Positions 32,530 through 37,482 of a DNA stretch of 37,482 bases are shown here, piece after piece. Under the pieces are notes generated by a model, which did no database searches, had not been told where the DNA came from, and was given only the letters and a program-made list of their open reading frames with translations. This DNA comes from Archangiaceae bacterium (lineage in GTDB: Bacteria; Myxococcota; Myxococcia; Myxococcales; Myxococcaceae). The DNA is taken from the NCBI GenBank assembly GCA_043750125.1, contig JAYVCD010000334.1, forward strand, positions 1 through 37,482, written 5' to 3'. The translations under genes were made by a program, and so were the position numbers. Positions within the stretch are counted from its first letter, which is position 1. The number at the start of each line of letters is the position of its first letter.

Positions 32530-33435
32530 CTACTTTTTGGGCGTGGGCTTCGGCCCGACGGGTTTGGCCGGGGAGGGCTTCGCGGCCACCGGCCTGGGGG
32601 CGACCGCCACCACCGCAGCCGGTTTCGCCGCGGCCGGCTTCGGGGGAAGCGCGAGCGCGGTCTTCTTTGCCGACAGCTCGGGAGTCAGCAAGATCTCGAT
32701 TCGCCGGTTCTGCGCGCGACCGTTGGGCGTCGCGTTGGGCATCCGCGGGTGAAACTGCCCGTAGCCGGCAGCCAACAACCGCTGGGGAGGTACCCCACCG
32801 GCTTCCGAGAGCTGGCGAACGACGTTCACCGCGCGGGCGACCGACAGTTCCCAGTTGCTGGGGAACTGCTTGCGAAGCTCTTCGGAGTTGATCGGACTGT
32901 CGTCGGTGTGGCCTGAGACCTGAATCTGCTTGTCGTCGATGGTCTTCAGCACCGACCCCAGCCGGCCGAGCACTTCCTTCCCCCGCTCGGACAGCGCGGC
33001 CTCGCCCGAATCGAAGAGGATCTTGTCGACGAGGTCGACCTGAATCCGATCTCCGGCCTGGGTGAGTCGAATGTCGCCGTGACCGATTTCGGTCTTCAAT
33101 TTTTCTTCCAGCGAGTCGTAGGTCGCCTTCAGATGCGCCAGCTCGGCCTCGGTCTGCTGCAGGTTGGCTTTCAGCTGCTCGGTGCTGGCGGCGAGCGCAA
33201 CCTTCTCGAGCTCGAGGGCCTTGAGCCTTTCTTCCAGGCCCGCCTGCTCGGCCTGCGCCTTGGCCAGTCGATTGCCCGCTTCGTCGCGGGCGCGCTCGGC
33301 CCCGGCTGATTGCTGCAAGGCTTTCCAGGCCGCGTACCCCAGCGCCCCTGCTGCGGCGAGCGCAAGAATCATCAGGAACCACGGCGCGCGGGACGGCCGC
33401 AGGTAGCTCGCGTCGTACTCGGATCCGTCGCTCAT
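32530..33435 (-). CDS. OmpA/MotB-family peptidoglycan-binding membrane protein with coiled coil
   Basis: TM helix, coiled coil, LFDSG, GHTD, NWELSVARA and NRRIEI; Pro/Lys/Ala tail. Confidence 0.9.
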   Translation of the reverse strand: MSDGSEYDASYLRPSRAPWFLMILALAAAGALGYAAWKALQQSAGAERARDEAGNRLAKAQAEQAGLEERLKALELEKVALAASTEQLKANLQQTEAELAHLKATYDSLEEKLKTEIGHGDIRLTQAGDRIQVDLVDKILFDSGEAALSERGKEVLGRLGSVLKTIDDKQIQVSGHTDDSPINSEELRKQFPSNWELSVARAVNVVRQLSEAGGVPPQRLLAAGYGQFHPRMPNATPNGRAQNRRIEILLTPELSAKKTALALPPKPAAAKPAAVVAVAPRPVAAKPSPAKPVGPKPTPKK

Positions 33436-33526
33436 GCGCCGTGGTTTAAGCCGCGAAGGCTGCGGGCCGCTACGTATGAGGCTGGCGTCAGATGCCCACA
33501 TCCGGCGACTGACCGCGCCGAAAGGC

Positions 33527-34828
33527 TCAGGTCAGGCCGGGCAGCGGGCCGGTGATGTACTGCGGGTCGCCGAAAGTGGTGTGCGCCCCGCCGAAGCCCT
33601 GAAGCACCGACAGCAGCAAGTCGTTGTGCGGCCGCGCTACGTCGAATTTCACCACCCGCCCCATCTTCCATTTCGTCGCGTGGCCCGCGACCAGAAACGG
33701 CATGTCGGTGTGGGAGTGGATGTTGCCCTCGGACACTTCGCTGCCCCAGAGGACCAGCGAATTGTCGAGCAGGTTGCCGCCGCCTTCGGACGTACTCTTC
33801 AGCCGGCCGAGCAGATAGGCCAACTGCTCCGCCTGCCACCCATCGCGCCGGCCCAGGTCTTCACGCTGCGGATCCCCGTTCGACAGATGCGAGATGTTGT
33901 GGACGTCGGCAAACACATTGAGGAACGGGAGCGTGATGTGGTTCTTCGCGTCTGAAAACATCACCGTCGCGGTGCGGGTCAGATCGCACGACACCGCGAG
34001 CACGAGAAGATCCAACTGCAGCTTCGACACGTCGGGCATTGCCTTGTCGGTCGCAAACAAGACTTCCGGGGGTTGGGTCGCAGACTGGCACTGCAGCGGC
34101 AACGGGAGCGCGGTCAGCCGCAGCTCGAGCTGGCGCACCCGCTCGAGATGAAGGTCGAGCTGAACCCGATCTGCAAACGAGACCCGATTCTTGAGCAGGC
34201 CAAACTGTTCGCGCACCGCATCGAGCACCGACGTGCGGCGGCGGCGCAGCGGCGCGCCTTCGTCGTTCGGCATCGGGTTGATCGCGAACAGTCGGGCAAA
34301 AGTCTGGCGCGGATCATTGAGCGGAAGCAGCGGCGTTGCGGCGCCCGCGTAGCTCAGGCATCCGCTCACGTCGCGCTCGCCGGCGTTGATCCCCAGCTGA
34401 AGGCTGGCCACCCGCGCGCCTTCGCCCACGAGCTTCACCAATTCCTGGTCGAGCGAAATTCCGCTGGCCCAGCCGGCGGTGGTGCCGTCGTTTCCAGTAA
34501 AGCCGCCGGCCTCGATTTTCCGGCCGGTGAGCAGCCCGCCCAGGCCGCGCTGATGCTGTTCCCCCGCGCCTTCGATCGCGCACTTCAAGTCGAGCCCCTG
34601 CAGATACATCAGGTCCGACTTGTAGGGAGCCAGCGCCGTCTGGCTGCCGCCGAAGGTGAAATCGGTGCCGGTGACTGTCGGCTTCCACTTCGAGGTGTGC
34701 ACCCCGTTGGGGTGGTAGAGGCTGATGAAGCGCTTCGGAGGCGCCGTCTGGGCGACCGACTCGAGCCAGGGCGTGGCGAAAGCCAACCCGCCGGCCGCCC
34801 GAAACAACGCGCGTCGGGTCAGCTTCAC
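33527..34828 (-). CDS. DUF1552-family protein with Tat-like signal
   Basis: MKLTRRALFR, YHPNG, SLDQ, FARLF, SVLD, HNISH, LLDNS and HSHTDMP; GTG overlaps the upstream TGA. Confidence 0.88.
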   Translation of the reverse strand: MKLTRRALFRAAGGLAFATPWLESVAQTAPPKRFISLYHPNGVHTSKWKPTVTGTDFTFGGSQTALAPYKSDLMYLQGLDLKCAIEGAGEQHQRGLGGLLTGRKIEAGGFTGNDGTTAGWASGISLDQELVKLVGEGARVASLQLGINAGERDVSGCLSYAGAATPLLPLNDPRQTFARLFAINPMPNDEGAPLRRRRTSVLDAVREQFGLLKNRVSFADRVQLDLHLERVRQLELRLTALPLPLQCQSATQPPEVLFATDKAMPDVSKLQLDLLVLAVSCDLTRTATVMFSDAKNHITLPFLNVFADVHNISHLSNGDPQREDLGRRDGWQAEQLAYLLGRLKSTSEGGGNLLDNSLVLWGSEVSEGNIHSHTDMPFLVAGHATKWKMGRVVKFDVARPHNDLLLSVLQGFGGAHTTFGDPQYITGPLPGLT

Positions 34829-36423
34829 GGGTTGCCTCCCGAGCGGAACGCAAAAGAATCGGAACCGATGATCGCCAGCTGCAGCTCTTCGAAGCTGCCC
34901 TTGGACTCGAAGAAGCGCTGCTGCACTTTTTCCAGAGCGCAGGCATCGCTCTCGGCTTCGACCCGGCCCAGCGCCCAGCGGTACCACTGGGCCGAGAGGC
35001 AGTCGTGGACCTGCTTGCTCTGCGAGAGCTTCGCGGCCAGCTCGCCCACCCCATTGAAAGTCGTCCGCAGGGCAGCGTCCCGGGTGGCGACGATCGCTCC
35101 GCTGCTGTCGATGGGCTTGTTCTCTTCGGTGTCGCGCCACACTCCCATTCCATCGAAGTGCTCGAACCCGAAGCCCATCGGGTCGATGCGCTCGTGGCAG
35201 CCGCTGCAGCCGGGGTTGCCGCCGTGAACGCTGAAGCGCTCGCGGGTGGTCGAGCCGGGCTTCGGCACCGGAGGAGTAATCACCACATCGGCTGGAGGCA
35301 GCGGCAACGGCTGGCACAGCAGGCGATCAAAGACGAAGACGCCCCGCCGAACCGGAGAGCTCTGGTTCGGACCCGCCAAACGCGCGAGCAGGCCGGGCTG
35401 GGCGAGCACTCCGCTTCGGGCGGGCGAGGCCAGGGTGACCCGCTGGAACTCAGGCGAGAGGTTGGGTGAGTACATCGTCATCGTGCTGTCGACGTACAGC
35501 GCCGGAGTCGAGAGCAGATCCTGCAGCGTCGAGCCGGGCCGGGTGATTTCGCCGAAGTAGAGCTCCATCGAACGGCGCCACGACGTCTGAAGTTTCGGGG
35601 TCCAGGCCGGGTAGACCGCGAGGTCCTTTTCCACCCGGGCCAGCGCATCGAGGGCGAAGAAGCGACTGAAGAACGCGGTCGCTGCGGCCTGCGCGCGCGG
35701 CGAGGCGAGCATCCGGCGCGCCTGGACCTCAATGGCTGACGGAAGCTCGAGCCCCCCGTTCTCGGCCGCGGCGAGCAGCTCTTCATCGGGCATCGAGCCC
35801 CACAAGAAGTACGAGAGCTTCGAGGCCAGCTCGGTGGCTGGCAGGCGTCCGGGAGCTCCGGGGACCGCCGCGCGCACGCCGACTTCAGGGCGATAGAGGA
35901 ACTGGGGCGACTGGAGAAAGACGGTCAGCGTCTGTTCCAACGCGGGTTCGAAGCCATCGCGCATCAGCACGGTCGTGAACAGCTTGGTGAAGGCCGATCG
36001 TTCTTCGGCGGTCAGGGCCCGGCGAAACGCGCGGCGACCGAAGCGCTCGACGAACTTTTCACCACACGCGAGGTCTTCGTTGGCACAGCTGACCAGGGTC
36101 GCCTTGCGCTCTTTGACCGCTCGGGCCGCTGCGTCCTCGGCCAGCTCGAAGGAAGCTGCGACCCAGGTGTCGTTGGCGCTGTTGAGCCGGGCGTTGTTGT
36201 CGAACCCATAGACCAGCGGCTCGGGAGGCAGGCGCGCCGCGGCCGGCCGGCTCACATCGCCCAACAAATCTTCCATCGTCCGATCGAGCTCAGCGCGGGT
36301 GAGCAGCCGAAACGGCATCGCGTCGGCCGTCGTCGCCGCGCAGACCGGGCCGGCGGGCGCGGGGGTCACCGGTCGACAGGCAGTCAGCGGCAGCAACAAC
36401 AGAAGGGCGAACCGTCGGGACAA
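34825..36423 (-). CDS. DUF1592/DUF1588/DUF1585-type multidomain lipoprotein with a CxxCH motif
   Basis: Lipobox LTAC; RLLTRAE, GFDNNA, SPQFLYR, SYFLWGSMPD, SSPVRRG and CSGCHERIDPMGFGFEHFD; start approximate. Confidence 0.88.
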   Translation of the reverse strand: MSRRFALLLLLPLTACRPVTPAPAGPVCAATTADAMPFRLLTRAELDRTMEDLLGDVSRPAAARLPPEPLVYGFDNNARLNSANDTWVAASFELAEDAAARAVKERKATLVSCANEDLACGEKFVERFGRRAFRRALTAEERSAFTKLFTTVLMRDGFEPALEQTLTVFLQSPQFLYRPEVGVRAAVPGAPGRLPATELASKLSYFLWGSMPDEELLAAAENGGLELPSAIEVQARRMLASPRAQAAATAFFSRFFALDALARVEKDLAVYPAWTPKLQTSWRRSMELYFGEITRPGSTLQDLLSTPALYVDSTMTMYSPNLSPEFQRVTLASPARSGVLAQPGLLARLAGPNQSSPVRRGVFVFDRLLCQPLPLPPADVVITPPVPKPGSTTRERFSVHGGNPGCSGCHERIDPMGFGFEHFDGMGVWRDTEENKPIDSSGAIVATRDAALRTTFNGVGELAAKLSQSKQVHDCLSAQWYRWALGRVEAESDACALEKVQQRFFESKGSFEELQLAIIGSDSFAFRSGGNP

Positions 36424-36470
36424 GGCCGGACGCTCCCACACCCGCCGGCCCGTCTCAACCAGCCGACGGG

Positions 36471-37211
36471 CTAAAAGAGCGCGTCGTCCAATTTGGCTTT
36501 CGTCTCGCCCTTGAGGGTCGTCAGCCGCAGCACCGGCTCGACCCCCTTGTTGACCAACACCTGCCGTGGAAACGACTGGCCAGTGGCCTGCGAGGTGTAG
36601 TCGAAGAAGTGCACGTCCCAGGCAAGCTGCTTGTCGTCGACGAAGCGGACGCGGGCCGGGTTGAAGTGGTCTTTGAAGATCCACAGCTGCGGGGCCCCGT
36701 CGGTCACGTCGCCCAGCACGTACGCAACGGTGCCACGAAACCGACCCAGCGAGGTCACGCGGGTGTTGACCTTCAGCGTCGCCAGGTGCCGTTCGACGGC
36801 GGCGCGCGATTCGCCTTCGCCGGCGCTTCGCAGCGCGAGCAGGGCACAGACTTCGTCGACCGCGACCTGAAGGGCTGGAAGTTGTGGTCCTTCATTGCGG
36901 CGCTTCCCGTTGCTGGACACGGCGGCGATCGATTTGGTGCTCTCGGTGGAAGACAGCTCGAGTCGGCAGCGGCCCGGAAAGCGAATCGCCGCGGTGAAGT
37001 TGAGCATCAGCTCTCCGCTTTGCCATTCGATGCCCATCAGGGTCGCGACTTCTCGGGCCGACGCGGGGCCGATGGCGGCGCTGCCTTCGACCCGCAGCGC
37101 GTTGAGGCTCAGCTCGTCCCGGCCCTCGGCCATGCGCCGCAGAATGCTGACGGTGGGCAGCACGTAGGCGGCCACCAGTCCCACCAGCGCCCATTTGAGT
37201 CCGGCGATCAC
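36471..37211 (-). CDS. Exported hypothetical protein (possibly LolA-like beta fold)
   Basis: Hydrophobic N-terminus; beta-rich; GTG overlaps the galU TGA. Confidence 0.7.
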   Translation of the reverse strand: MIAGLKWALVGLVAAYVLPTVSILRRMAEGRDELSLNALRVEGSAAIGPASAREVATLMGIEWQSGELMLNFTAAIRFPGRCRLELSSTESTKSIAAVSSNGKRRNEGPQLPALQVAVDEVCALLALRSAGEGESRAAVERHLATLKVNTRVTSLGRFRGTVAYVLGDVTDGAPQLWIFKDHFNPARVRFVDDKQLAWDVHFFDYTSQATGQSFPRQVLVNKGVEPVLRLTTLKGETKAKLDDALF

Positions 37212-37482
37212 TTCGAGCTGCCTTCTTTCGCGACGACCGCACGCATGTAGTCGAGCAGCCCGCCCCGCAGATCGGGCCGCTTCATCGCGAAGGCGATGTT
37301 GGCGATCAGGTACCCGACCTTGTCGCCTGCGTCGTGGCGGATTCCGTCGAAGCGGTAGCCGATCAACCCGTCGGAGGCCTGCAGCGTGGCGAGCGCGTCG
37401 GTGAGCTGGATCTCTCCGCCCACGCCGCGCTCGGTCTTTTCGAGGATCCCGAAGATCTTCGGCGGCAGGACGTAGCGCCCGA
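37208..37482 (-). CDS. galU: UTP--glucose-1-phosphate uridylyltransferase, 3' part (partial)
   Basis: GRYVLPPKIF...GGEIQLTDAL...RHDAGDKVGYL. Confidence 0.92.
   Translation of the reverse strand, partial: GRYVLPPKIFGILEKTERGVGGEIQLTDALATLQASDGLIGYRFDGIRHDAGDKVGYLIANIAFAMKRPDLRGGLLDYMRAVVAKEGSSK

Noticed and set aside
32530..33435. Flagellar stator motB
   Set aside because: No conserved TM Asp and no motA or flagellar genes in the window.
1..37482. Mobile element, prophage, defence system, tRNA/rRNA or riboswitch
   Set aside because: I recognised no transposase, integrase, phage or nuclease genes, no terminal repeats and no RNA-gene signatures by eye; an Infernal/Rfam scan would be needed to exclude small RNAs.

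Overview
GC-rich chromosomal window, most likely from a myxobacterium (Myxococcales). The evidence is a RecA1-type recA, a DUF1552/DUF1592-type pair, a Cys-rich lipoprotein, a PilT paralog and PilZ proteins; family assignments are from recognition, not searches. It is a densely packed mix of housekeeping genes (recA, cinA, pssA, HU, nth, def, priA, partial galU, thiolase) and accessory genes. I found no rRNA, tRNA, CRISPR array or transposase/integrase. Main leads: (1) a regulatory-domain-less LeuA-family synthase and a fused LeuC-LeuD aconitase with no dehydrogenase, divergent from an ACP plus Cys-rich lipoprotein that face a flavin-halogenase-like gene; (2) a recA1-type gene behind a near-consensus sigma-54 promoter, followed by an uncalled coupled 52-aa ORF; (3) a 946-aa pseudo-receiver/coiled-coil/pseudo-J protein; (4) decayed loci, including QueA-like and XRE-cupin remnants fused head to head by a deletion; (5) an orphan PilT beside a PilZ-REC regulator and an orphan MotB/OmpA-like protein; (6) a 4 x 16-bp quasi-palindromic intergenic repeat. 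None of these is proven novel from sequence alone. Many starts were re-picked relative to the ORF track.
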